64,000 nt of DNA from Paraphysomonas bandaiensis. Taxonomy: Eukaryota > Protista > Chrysophyceae. Positions 37,580 to 47,013 of this stretch are shown here, piece by piece (within the stretch, counting starts at the first letter, position 1; each line of letters starts with the position of its first letter). The stretch is from contig CBFFRP010000255.1 in the NCBI GenBank assembly GCA_965644295.1, positions 124,001 through 188,000 on the forward strand, given 5' to 3'. The notes under the pieces are model-generated. The model had not been told where the DNA came from and did not search any database. It worked only from the letters and a program-made list of their open reading frames with translations. The translations under genes and the position numbers were made by a program.

Positions 37580-40500
37580 GTGTCCGCAGCTGCTCACACG
37601 TGGTTATCCCCCAGTCCACACTTACATATCCATAGTTGGCCCTCACCTGACACAACGACCTTCGCCTGTAGCACCCACATGCGTCCACCACGTAAACCGC
37701 CAGACAAACAGTCGAGATCCACCAGTGTACATCCCACGAAAAGGCACCAAGGACCGCACTTTTCCTGTGATAATAGTGGTGATGGACCACGAAAACGGCC
37801 GGCCTCGACACAACGTAAGCGAAACAACCTCCGGCGGCTCAGTCGCAAACGAACTCTGCAACAATTTCGTGAAGGAACAATCCAGTCCCTCCCTCCACAC
37901 ATACAACGTCAACAGACACGAAACAAGCTCCGCATCCGTGCCCACAACAAGCAAGCATGGCGAGAGCATTTACAACACCTGGCACAACAGTGTGTAGACA
38001 CACACAACATCGTGACCACTCCTACACCTGACACAGCACCCACAGCTGTTACAGCACCCCCCCGTCCAGAAGACTCCACACATACTATTTGCCTCCCTCC
38101 GCCCACAGTGGAGGACGAACAAGAGAGAACAATCACTGACACAAGTGTACTGCCTCAACTATTTGTGCCGCACCCTCTGCCAGCTGCCTTCACGGACCCC
38201 GGACTGCAGAATTGGTCCTTCTACTCGCCCAGCGGTCTGTTAGCCATTGCCATACACGAAGAGGTGGTTCACAGTGTCATGTCCATGCTACAATCGAGGC
38301 ACGCTTTAGAACGCATAGAACAGCACCTCAGATGTTCGCTTGAGGAGGGGAAAATGCTGGTTGCACGTCACTACACACACACAGAATACAACAACACACC
38401 AATGGAGGGCTTCTGCGGACTAGCTGCTATTGCCGCAATATACCACAAACAACCGGAGGAGGACCACTACCCGTATTTAAATCCCGATGATCCAGCCTCG
38501 AAAGCAAAACTGCTCCAAGTCATTCAGACAAGCAGGACGGTACTTAGTACCTACACGCTCGCTGAAGCCAAGATGCTTAACTTTGCATGCATCCGGAAGA
38601 AGCTCCGACAGCAGCTAACAACGTACAACAAAGCACTACGCCGCAAACGACCAACTGCTGTCGGAATACCCCCAGAGCAATGGGGCTACACAGACATCAT
38701 AGCCCTCCTGGCAGAAACCCTGAGTATACGAATTCGTATCTGGCAAGATTCACCAGTGGACCTTGGCCACAACTGGGCGTACTGGTCTACCCACCATTCC
38801 TCCTTCCTTCCACAAACTCAATTCCTTCCATCTTATGATGTGTTTTGCTCCAACGACCACTTCTTCCTGGACACCAAATACCCGGTGGAGTTGGAACTAC
38901 ACGCGCTACTCGAGAGAATTCCTGACCTCGTCATCATGCGTCTCCAAAATGTGTTGCAATATCATTCCAAGGGAATGCAAGGAGTCCATCGTGCCAGGTC
39001 CATCAACCATCCCTCCCACGCCCTTCAGGGGAAGGAATTCTCTTCCGATAACAGCGGTGACGGACCCAGCAAATCCACCCACACATTACCCTTACCCACT
39101 AAGGATGCCACCACACCGTATGCAACTCTATTTGACTATTTCCCAGTCAAACGGAGGCCACCTACCACCAACCCTACTCAACTGAACACCATGGGAACTC
39201 CAGCATTAGCCCCAGACGGCCCATCCTCACACTCCACTACCACTCCTGACATCAGGCCGGATGCACTGCCCAAGGACATTGCCACACACCCCCGACACTA
39301 CACAGAGGGCTGGGGTCACACGCCCTTTCACTCCGATCTGCTGAACAACTGGGTTAGATATGATGAAACCCAAACCATTGCTGCCTCCCCACAGGGAAAC
39401 CTTTTAAAAGAAATATATGCACACATGCTATCCCCTGCCTGTACAGACATATGGGAAGGATTCATAGCCAAGGCTTCCAGGACGGACAACTATGATCTCA
39501 TGATATCATTCACGCTACCAGAGCACAAATTGGATACCACGCACAGCGCCCTACTAGTTGCCCAGCATCTCGCGAATGGCAACAAACCCTGGGCAGACTC
39601 CACTCATGTTGTATCTAGGCATGTGCGGACCCTTTGCCTGACAAAGGGTATTCCCTCAACAGCCACTGTTAGTCTCCGTAAGACACTCATGCAATATGAA
39701 TCCTCGACTCCACACACAGGACTACATCTAGACACGGAGGATTTCCAACTGCTACTCGATCTTCTCTCCATACCATACAGACTATGGGACGCTGTTCAAC
39801 CGCACCTGGCGCCTGGTTGGGCACAGCTGTCACCATTCTCCAGACAGGCACTAACAGTGCACGCTTCTACCAACACTGTGGTAACCCATGACATCATACG
39901 CAGCCAGCATGGGTTTCACATACTCAATGCAACAAATATCCCCACCTGCATCATGCACGCTCTAACACGGACTCAGGAGCGGCTATCCTGTTTTCTACAA
40001 CACCAGACCTCCAGACAGAGCACCAATATCCTCTGGACTTCTGAGCCGTCAACTGTACCACCTATGCTACATGAGCACAGAGAGCAACAGGAACAGAGGG
40101 AAGTAATTGCAGTCTCCTTGTCACCGAGAGCTCGACGTCAACTACGACAGATGAACCCCACGGACCGTCGACAACTCAGGCTCCATATGTGCGACATGAG
40201 CAGAGTCTACCGCCTCACCCTCAGACCCTCAGCCCTTCGCACACAACAACATATCCCTAGTGATGGGTACTGCGCATACAGCACACTCTATCATCTGCAC
40301 ATTCTTGCTTCAAGCAGGCGACACACTCGCTCCTGTCTGAAATTAGACCTCAAACAACGCAAGGACCGTCACACGCTAGCATCTTTCATAAATACATTAG
40401 GCACCCAAGCGTTCGACATAATGCAACGGGAGTGCATGGCCCATCACACACTTCAGCCACTACGACATAAGTTAGATCACGCACAGGCCGCACTTTTAAT

Positions 40501-43111
40501 ACCTACCAAAACAACATACACTACGGAAGACGACATAACTCACTGGCTCTCAGTGCGAGAGGTCCACCTTTTAGCCTCTACTATCAACCCCTGCACGACG
40601 TGGGCGCAAAATGGTAATTACCTCAGCATTGTAGGCATCCCTACTGACAAAGTAGCTTATAACATCGCATGGAAGGTGGACGAACTTAGGGACGCTATTC
40701 GTGATAACTACTACCATGTCATACTACAAGATGCTCACTACTTCCTCTTAGACCCTGCCGGTCTTTCTACTGCCCTAGACAACGCCCTACTATCTCTTGA
40801 AAACACCTTGGCCACCAGTATACTCTCAACGGCTGACCCCATCGCTCCACCTACACTCCCCGCGGACTCAATCACGAACAACAATAGGACATCAAAGATG
40901 ACCAGCACCAGAACAACCTCGTCAAGCAGCACCAAGTTAGCACGAACAAATCGACAGATTCTGCAGGCTTCAACCCCTGGAGCACTACCATCGCACAAGA
41001 AGATGCAGTTGAAACACGCCCAAACTGCGTTGACAAGTCGATGCCAGCCAACCCGGAAAGCCAAAAAGGTCGTAAATTACGATGAAAGTGACCAACCAAC
41101 GAACCTTCACAACTCACACCCAACCACGACCACACGAACGATCAGACCAACTCCAGCACTAGATACCACCGGCTGGGACAGGGACTGGTCAAGAAAGTTC
41201 TACATTGCGTACGCCGATAACACTGCCAAAGGACTATCCCTTTATGCGAAGAACACATTCCCAGCAGACGTCATCATTGCTGAGTACAAAGGCAAACGCT
41301 ATCCACTAACAAAGATGAGTCAGTCTACAAGGCGTTCTGATTACATAGTTCAAGACAGTACTGGTACCTTCGCAATAGATGGCTTTGACCAAGTCCGACA
41401 ATGTGTAACATGCGAAGCTGGGTATATTAATGACCCCCTAGCCACAAACATGGCTAATGTCAAGTTTGTCACGAAAAATAAACGCCTCTATGTCCGTACA
41501 ATACGTTCCATTGCTAAGGATGAAGAACTTCTCATCAACTACGGACATCATTATTGGTGTGATCAACGCTGGCCACTTGAGATATTAATCCAAGCCAGGG
41601 CTGCGTACGACAGCGACATAGGCGGTGCCAATATAGCAGTATGGGACAGACTCCTTGCAGACAAGAGTGGAACTCCTACAGAGACCTCCAGCAGCATCCC
41701 CAAGGATCCCTCGGGAGCAGCCATGGGACTCCGACTCTCCACATGGAACACAAATGGCAATCCGGCATCACACACAGGTAAAGCCCAAGCTATCATCCGA
41801 CACTTTAAGCGGCAAAAATTGGACGTGCTCCTATTACAGGATGTCCGTCTAACAGAAACTCAGGCCAACTTCTTCACGCGTATCATCGAAGATGCACTCC
41901 AGGGAACAAGAATATGCCTCTTCCTCAGCAAGCAGCCAAAACTGACTTCAAGAGACCCACTAATGGGGGGTACAGTAGTCATAATCAGCGAATACTGGAA
42001 GCGCCGTCTCGCCTTCACAAAGGCTGACTTTACGGGACTTGGTTTAGTGAGCCGACTAGAGTTCAAAACGTCGGTGGCGCACACCCTAGTACTAATAAGC
42101 GTCTATCTACCCCCGAAGCCATCCACGCCAGGCACTTGCACATTATGGAGCAAATTGACCAAGCTAGGGAGAGCGTCCCGTGGTATCTGTACTGCTGACC
42201 CCTACAAGCTCCTATGCAACATCCTTACGAAATGGGTCACTAAAGCCAGAGCCAAGGACCATACTGTCATTGTCGCCGGCGACTTCAATGGCTCCATGGA
42301 GACAAATCCTAAAGGCAGAGACATACGACCACTTGCCGACAAACTCCAACTGGCTGCACCACTCCATGAGCTTCTCCTACCCAGGAAAACATATCATACC
42401 TTCCACAGATTAGACAAAGGAATATCGCGGATCGATCATATTCTACACACGCCGTTACCTCCGAACATGTCTGTTACGGACACTGGCTGCCTTGACTCCC
42501 CCTCATTACTCGCAGCAGCCTTCGATCATCGACCGGTCTGGGTCGGTTTCACCGTACCAGTCAATCTTGACCCTCGACCACCTGAGTCGCACGTCGGATT
42601 CGCCCCCCGTCTCAATGTAAACCCGAAGGACTCCAAGGAAGTACAGGCATACACCGCAAGACTCCTCCAACTTCATGCACAACTACCACATTTAGACAAC
42701 GGATCGACTGCCATACTCCCTCCTGAGGTGGCAGCCAACAGACTAGCGGCCATCCATCACATAACCCTCCAGGCTTCGCTTGAGGCGAAGCGTCCTGCAT
42801 GTACACATAGCACACGCCTACACGAACGTTGTCAGCGCACACGCTCAAAGTTCAAGAATGGCTTTTCCCCGGAAATGAGAGTAATACAGGAAGGAATGCT
42901 CATGGTTTTGCGGATTATCCAAAAGATGTTCAATTCTGCTGGATACAAACGGCATGGATGGCGCGGCCCCCGGCAACCACCCCCACCCACGAAATCATCA
43001 CTGCATGGTTCGCCCGATGGGACTCCTATCTCAGGAGTTCTCAGGGTCACATCAAAGGCATATCGGACATCAACTTCTGGTGCAGCCACCGCAACGCGGA
43101 CCCACGAGTAA
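37580..43111 (+). CDS. LINE ORF2 N-terminal part: OTU-like modules, SET domain, AP endonuclease
   Basis: PMEGFCGLAAI..DHF and PSDGYCAYSTL..AHY (OTU-like); KGLSLYA..AEYKG..AGYINDP..DEELLINYG..YW (SET); STWNTNG, LQD, AGDFNG, SRIDH, FDHRPV (APE); first ATG at 37679. Confidence 0.85.
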   Translation: MSAAAHTWLSPSPHLHIHSWPSPDTTTFACSTHMRPPRKPPDKQSRSTSVHPTKRHQGPHFSCDNSGDGPRKRPASTQRKRNNLRRLSRKRTLQQFREGTIQSLPPHIQRQQTRNKLRIRAHNKQAWREHLQHLAQQCVDTHNIVTTPTPDTAPTAVTAPPRPEDSTHTICLPPPTVEDEQERTITDTSVLPQLFVPHPLPAAFTDPGLQNWSFYSPSGLLAIAIHEEVVHSVMSMLQSRHALERIEQHLRCSLEEGKMLVARHYTHTEYNNTPMEGFCGLAAIAAIYHKQPEEDHYPYLNPDDPASKAKLLQVIQTSRTVLSTYTLAEAKMLNFACIRKKLRQQLTTYNKALRRKRPTAVGIPPEQWGYTDIIALLAETLSIRIRIWQDSPVDLGHNWAYWSTHHSSFLPQTQFLPSYDVFCSNDHFFLDTKYPVELELHALLERIPDLVIMRLQNVLQYHSKGMQGVHRARSINHPSHALQGKEFSSDNSGDGPSKSTHTLPLPTKDATTPYATLFDYFPVKRRPPTTNPTQLNTMGTPALAPDGPSSHSTTTPDIRPDALPKDIATHPRHYTEGWGHTPFHSDLLNNWVRYDETQTIAASPQGNLLKEIYAHMLSPACTDIWEGFIAKASRTDNYDLMISFTLPEHKLDTTHSALLVAQHLANGNKPWADSTHVVSRHVRTLCLTKGIPSTATVSLRKTLMQYESSTPHTGLHLDTEDFQLLLDLLSIPYRLWDAVQPHLAPGWAQLSPFSRQALTVHASTNTVVTHDIIRSQHGFHILNATNIPTCIMHALTRTQERLSCFLQHQTSRQSTNILWTSEPSTVPPMLHEHREQQEQREVIAVSLSPRARRQLRQMNPTDRRQLRLHMCDMSRVYRLTLRPSALRTQQHIPSDGYCAYSTLYHLHILASSRRHTRSCLKLDLKQRKDRHTLASFINTLGTQAFDIMQRECMAHHTLQPLRHKLDHAQAALLIPTKTTYTTEDDITHWLSVREVHLLASTINPCTTWAQNGNYLSIVGIPTDKVAYNIAWKVDELRDAIRDNYYHVILQDAHYFLLDPAGLSTALDNALLSLENTLATSILSTADPIAPPTLPADSITNNNRTSKMTSTRTTSSSSTKLARTNRQILQASTPGALPSHKKMQLKHAQTALTSRCQPTRKAKKVVNYDESDQPTNLHNSHPTTTTRTIRPTPALDTTGWDRDWSRKFYIAYADNTAKGLSLYAKNTFPADVIIAEYKGKRYPLTKMSQSTRRSDYIVQDSTGTFAIDGFDQVRQCVTCEAGYINDPLATNMANVKFVTKNKRLYVRTIRSIAKDEELLINYGHHYWCDQRWPLEILIQARAAYDSDIGGANIAVWDRLLADKSGTPTETSSSIPKDPSGAAMGLRLSTWNTNGNPASHTGKAQAIIRHFKRQKLDVLLLQDVRLTETQANFFTRIIEDALQGTRICLFLSKQPKLTSRDPLMGGTVVIISEYWKRRLAFTKADFTGLGLVSRLEFKTSVAHTLVLISVYLPPKPSTPGTCTLWSKLTKLGRASRGICTADPYKLLCNILTKWVTKARAKDHTVIVAGDFNGSMETNPKGRDIRPLADKLQLAAPLHELLLPRKTYHTFHRLDKGISRIDHILHTPLPPNMSVTDTGCLDSPSLLAAAFDHRPVWVGFTVPVNLDPRPPESHVGFAPRLNVNPKDSKEVQAYTARLLQLHAQLPHLDNGSTAILPPEVAANRLAAIHHITLQASLEAKRPACTHSTRLHERCQRTRSKFKNGFSPEMRVIQEGMLMVLRIIQKMFNSAGYKRHGWRGPRQPPPPTKSSLHGSPDGTPISGVLRVTSKAYRTSTSGAATATRTHE

Positions 43112-46100
43112 TCCTGGGTTGGAACGAAAAGCAAGCCACCAAGAAAAACCTTCTCCGAATTGCCTTGCGACTGAGAGGACTTCTTCATGGAAGAGCCAGG
43201 ACAGAAATGCGGACTAGACTCACGGCTCGCACCAAGCAGATGGAGGCACTGCTACAGCAGAAAAGACTTCAAGCAATTCTTCAGAAAATTGGTCTCAAGG
43301 TCAAAACACCACTCCGACTTACCACGGTGAAAACAACGGACGGACACATCCTCACAACGCCGCAAGACATTCATGAAGGCATTAATGCGCACTTCCGTGA
43401 ACATCATGCCAAACCTCCTGGACTTGACCCTGTAGCACAACAGCTCCAGGATGACCCTACATGGTGGAAATCACTTCTTGATCCGGGCTCAGCGACATGC
43501 CAGGAACCACTCCACCCCCGCTCGAAAATTCCTCTTCCCCTGCAACTGGGGTTACGACGGGCCCTTTGTACCAAGACCACTCCGGCCATGGCAGCCACAC
43601 TCAAATCTACTCTTGCAAAAGACATCACCCAGGATGAATTCTACTGCACACTTCACTCTCTCTCCTTCAACCGCGCGCCTGGACCCTCAATGGTCTCCTC
43701 CAACATGGTCAAATCCTGGCCACCGGTAGTTCAGCGAGAGGCTTACATCCTCACCAGATCTCTCTGGAAACATAAACATGTGCCCATTTGGTGGAGAGAC
43801 AGGGTAATGTCTCCCATTCTCAAGAAACCAGGAGAATCCTCCCTCACTAATCTCCGACCGATTGGTCTGCTTGAAGTCAGTAGGAAAATATTAACAAGGA
43901 TAATCACTCATAGAATTCTTACCGTATGGGAGGAACAGAAAGTTTTGCATCCGTCCCAGCATGGTTATCGCTGGAGGAACGGGACGGACACAGCGATACT
44001 ACGGGTACTCGCGGCTGCAGAAGAAGCAAGACGAAAAGGCGACCAGCATATATGTACACTCTGGGACTTCAAGAAGGCCTTCGACTCAATTGCGCCTAAC
44101 CTCATGCGTCTCGCGTGGGCACGACTGGGCGTTCCGGACGATGTAGTTGACTGGTTTGGCAACTTAGATGCCGGCGGTCTAACATTTCCCTGGACACCAT
44201 TCATGGCAAACAACATAGAGCCACGTTCTCTCCTTGACCTCCTGTCCGCAGACGGCCACTTCATTGCACTATTCAGTCTGGGTTTCGAAGCCGAAAGGGG
44301 TATCACCCAAGGGGGCACAGAATCCACATGCGCCTGGGTGGCACTCTACGACATCCTTCTCACGTGGCTGGACATTGAACTGTCAACAACGAGTCCAACG
44401 TTACCAACTATTCAACTCACGACTCCGACTACCGGCGAAATAAAGATCTCCTTCGCGGATGATCTTAACACAATAGCTAAATCCATACACGCTGCCCAAC
44501 TCATTGCCCAACAAATATCTGCGTTCTGCGTACTTTCGGGAATGGAACTCTCTATCCCCAAAGTAGTTTGCACAGTGTTTCCGATCCTACAGGATTCCAA
44601 CAAGTCCTCCGACCCCATTGGCTACATCATTCTCTACGACTGGTCATGGCGCCCACACCCAGTCCCTATCCAAACATCACTAGAGTCGATACATTACCTC
44701 GGAGCAGACCTTCCTCTCACAATCACAGACAAGGCCTCCCATGACTGGTGTCTAAAATACCTGAAAGTCGTGACCACACACCTAGGGATCAAACAGGCCT
44801 CAGCCGGCTGTAAAGTCATGGTTATCGAGACCCAAATCATACCGACTTTGCTCTATAGAGCCACCAAAGCTTCATGGCCGCTACACTGGTACAGAGAAAT
44901 TGACGCTGCTTGCGCAACCCTCTACAGAAAGGCCCTCAGTCTAGGCCCTGGATACCCCACGGAACTGATCTACCTCTCACTCAAGCACAACGGATTAGGT
45001 ATGAAACGTTTCTCAGACTCAGCGCAGGAGCAAAAATGGGGATCTCTACAGCGCGCAATAACCCTCGGGGGAGAAGCAGGTCAAGCAGCACATTTTCTAC
45101 TCACTCAGACAACAGAGCCACAGCCCCAATACCACCACTATGTTCTCAGCCTCAGGGAATGGGGAACGGAATTGGGCCTTACCCTTCAGGAACCTGAGCC
45201 CCCCGAACCACAGGATGAACACATGCTGACCAACCTAAAACAAGAACTCGGCCTTAATAGTGTCCAACCAGATACTTTCAAGGCTATCTTCACAGATGGA
45301 TCATACACAGCCAGTGCGCTCTCCACTCGTCGCCTCACTCATGTCAATCCGCGAACCCGATGGACACACCGAGGAGGTGCAGCGGTCGTCTACTTACCCC
45401 CAGAAAATGCCTGGGAAGATGGTACAACCACAATACTACGACTAGATACACCCTTTCGTGACGTGCCCGGTTTGGACTCATACGCATATGAACTCATAGG
45501 CACAGCCATGGGGCTTATACTCTCAACACGTATTCCCGAACACATACGAAGCCACACAGACTGTCAGGCAGTGTGCACCCGCACTGAGGAAGCACTCTCC
45601 ACAAGACGCAGAGCTCTCGGTCACCGTGCAAAAGGGGTACTACTCGAAAGCATCGCAGCCAGCAGAGATTGCAAACGACAGGTGACCTGGGTGAGGTCTC
45701 ATCCCGAACGACGTACCACAGATGAAACGGAGTGGACGTTTGAGGACAAGGGCATCTATATTGCGGACGCAGTTGCGGGTGAAGACTGGCATGAAGTCGA
45801 TCGCATCCTTGGAAAAAATAACTACACTGTCTGCACAATTGCGATTGACAGTGCCATCGAACGCTTACTAACTGCTGGATTATGGCACTGGCGTATGCAC
45901 AGTACAAGACGGCCATACTACTCTAGCCCACTCCTTACTAATTTCCAGGATCTCTGCGACCTAAGGACACTTGAGAACTACACTTCAACCAGAGATCAAC
46001 GCTACGGACACAATCCTGATCGAGCGCCTGGCTACTGGACCAATAGCGGAGTACACCTCCCGCGCAAACTAGCTCAAGCGGATGGCAGTGCATCCAAAGA

Positions 46101-47013
46101 CAAACTCAGCTCAAATCTACGCCAAAGAATACTCAACACGGCACTGACATGGGACAAATCTTTCTGCATAGGGAGGAACCGGGCCAAAACCAAACAGGGA
46201 CTTGACCTGACCAAAGCCGCATGCTCTGACTGCGGGTTTCGACTAGATTCCCTAAAACATATGTGCCTCGACTGCACACATGAATCCATCACCCAAATAA
46301 GGGAAACTGCATTTCAATCGCATAAAAATGTGCTCCACGAAATACAGAGAACTCAGACCTTACCCAACTGGATCACATCTGCACTACGGAGACTCTCCAG
46401 CAGAGCCTGGAATCCCTCCATCCCACAGGTCGAGAGATACTGGACTGGAACCATCACAGCAGCCCAACTGGAAACGGTCTTCGAAGATGCCATACACAAC
46501 CACCTGACGGCACACAGTCTACGGAACCTAGAAACAGCGGTTATTAATCTCCTGCAACCGCTTTACACTGCAGCGAAGCTTATGCTACAGGATCGCGGTT
46601 GTCGCTATATCACCATGTCCAAAAGGCCGCCCAGACTACTCCCGAGACCCCGTCCGAAACGCAGTCAGTCAAGACAACGTCCGAGAGTCCTTCGACTACT
46701 AGGGGTCCAACGAAGACCCCCCACAGCGTCCCCGACTCCAGACACACGTGCACACCTCACAGGTCCTACCCGACAGAGCACTGGACTGCCCAGACCTCCA
46801 CAACGCCGACGGCTTCGACAACTCTATCTACACCCGCGGCCCCACAGGAGCACAGTAACACAGACTACAAACCCAACTCCTCCTCCCAACAATCCCCACC
46901 ACTCTCAACCCACACATCTGGAACTAGGTGCACTCAGGACCCTAATCCAGAACGCTGAGCCCCCTCCAACACCAATGGAGACCCATCCCAAAGGGAGACC
47001 CCCAGATCAATAG
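42829..47013 (+). CDS. LINE ORF2 C-terminal part: reverse transcriptase, RNase H, CCHC finger
   Basis: APGPS, LRPIGLL, QHGYR, DFKKAFDSI, GITQG, FADD, YLG; IFTDGS, YELIG, HTDC, WVRSH, ADAVA; CSDC...HMCLDC; joined to the upstream ORF by a -1 shift near 42967. Confidence 0.93.
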   Translation: MSAHTLKVQEWLFPGNESNTGRNAHGFADYPKDVQFCWIQTAWMARPPATTPTHEIITAWFARWDSYLRSSQGHIKGISDINFWCSHRNADPRVILGWNEKQATKKNLLRIALRLRGLLHGRARTEMRTRLTARTKQMEALLQQKRLQAILQKIGLKVKTPLRLTTVKTTDGHILTTPQDIHEGINAHFREHHAKPPGLDPVAQQLQDDPTWWKSLLDPGSATCQEPLHPRSKIPLPLQLGLRRALCTKTTPAMAATLKSTLAKDITQDEFYCTLHSLSFNRAPGPSMVSSNMVKSWPPVVQREAYILTRSLWKHKHVPIWWRDRVMSPILKKPGESSLTNLRPIGLLEVSRKILTRIITHRILTVWEEQKVLHPSQHGYRWRNGTDTAILRVLAAAEEARRKGDQHICTLWDFKKAFDSIAPNLMRLAWARLGVPDDVVDWFGNLDAGGLTFPWTPFMANNIEPRSLLDLLSADGHFIALFSLGFEAERGITQGGTESTCAWVALYDILLTWLDIELSTTSPTLPTIQLTTPTTGEIKISFADDLNTIAKSIHAAQLIAQQISAFCVLSGMELSIPKVVCTVFPILQDSNKSSDPIGYIILYDWSWRPHPVPIQTSLESIHYLGADLPLTITDKASHDWCLKYLKVVTTHLGIKQASAGCKVMVIETQIIPTLLYRATKASWPLHWYREIDAACATLYRKALSLGPGYPTELIYLSLKHNGLGMKRFSDSAQEQKWGSLQRAITLGGEAGQAAHFLLTQTTEPQPQYHHYVLSLREWGTELGLTLQEPEPPEPQDEHMLTNLKQELGLNSVQPDTFKAIFTDGSYTASALSTRRLTHVNPRTRWTHRGGAAVVYLPPENAWEDGTTTILRLDTPFRDVPGLDSYAYELIGTAMGLILSTRIPEHIRSHTDCQAVCTRTEEALSTRRRALGHRAKGVLLESIAASRDCKRQVTWVRSHPERRTTDETEWTFEDKGIYIADAVAGEDWHEVDRILGKNNYTVCTIAIDSAIERLLTAGLWHWRMHSTRRPYYSSPLLTNFQDLCDLRTLENYTSTRDQRYGHNPDRAPGYWTNSGVHLPRKLAQADGSASKDKLSSNLRQRILNTALTWDKSFCIGRNRAKTKQGLDLTKAACSDCGFRLDSLKHMCLDCTHESITQIRETAFQSHKNVLHEIQRTQTLPNWITSALRRLSSRAWNPSIPQVERYWTGTITAAQLETVFEDAIHNHLTAHSLRNLETAVINLLQPLYTAAKLMLQDRGCRYITMSKRPPRLLPRPRPKRSQSRQRPRVLRLLGVQRRPPTASPTPDTRAHLTGPTRQSTGLPRPPQRRRLRQLYLHPRPHRSTVTQTTNPTPPPNNPHHSQPTHLELGALRTLIQNAEPPPTPMETHPKGRPPDQ

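Noticed and set aside
46221-47013. Restriction-like endonuclease after the CCHC finger (Dualen-type dual endonuclease)
   Set aside because: No PD..D/ExK motif is recognisable; the C-terminus is a Pro/Arg-rich tail
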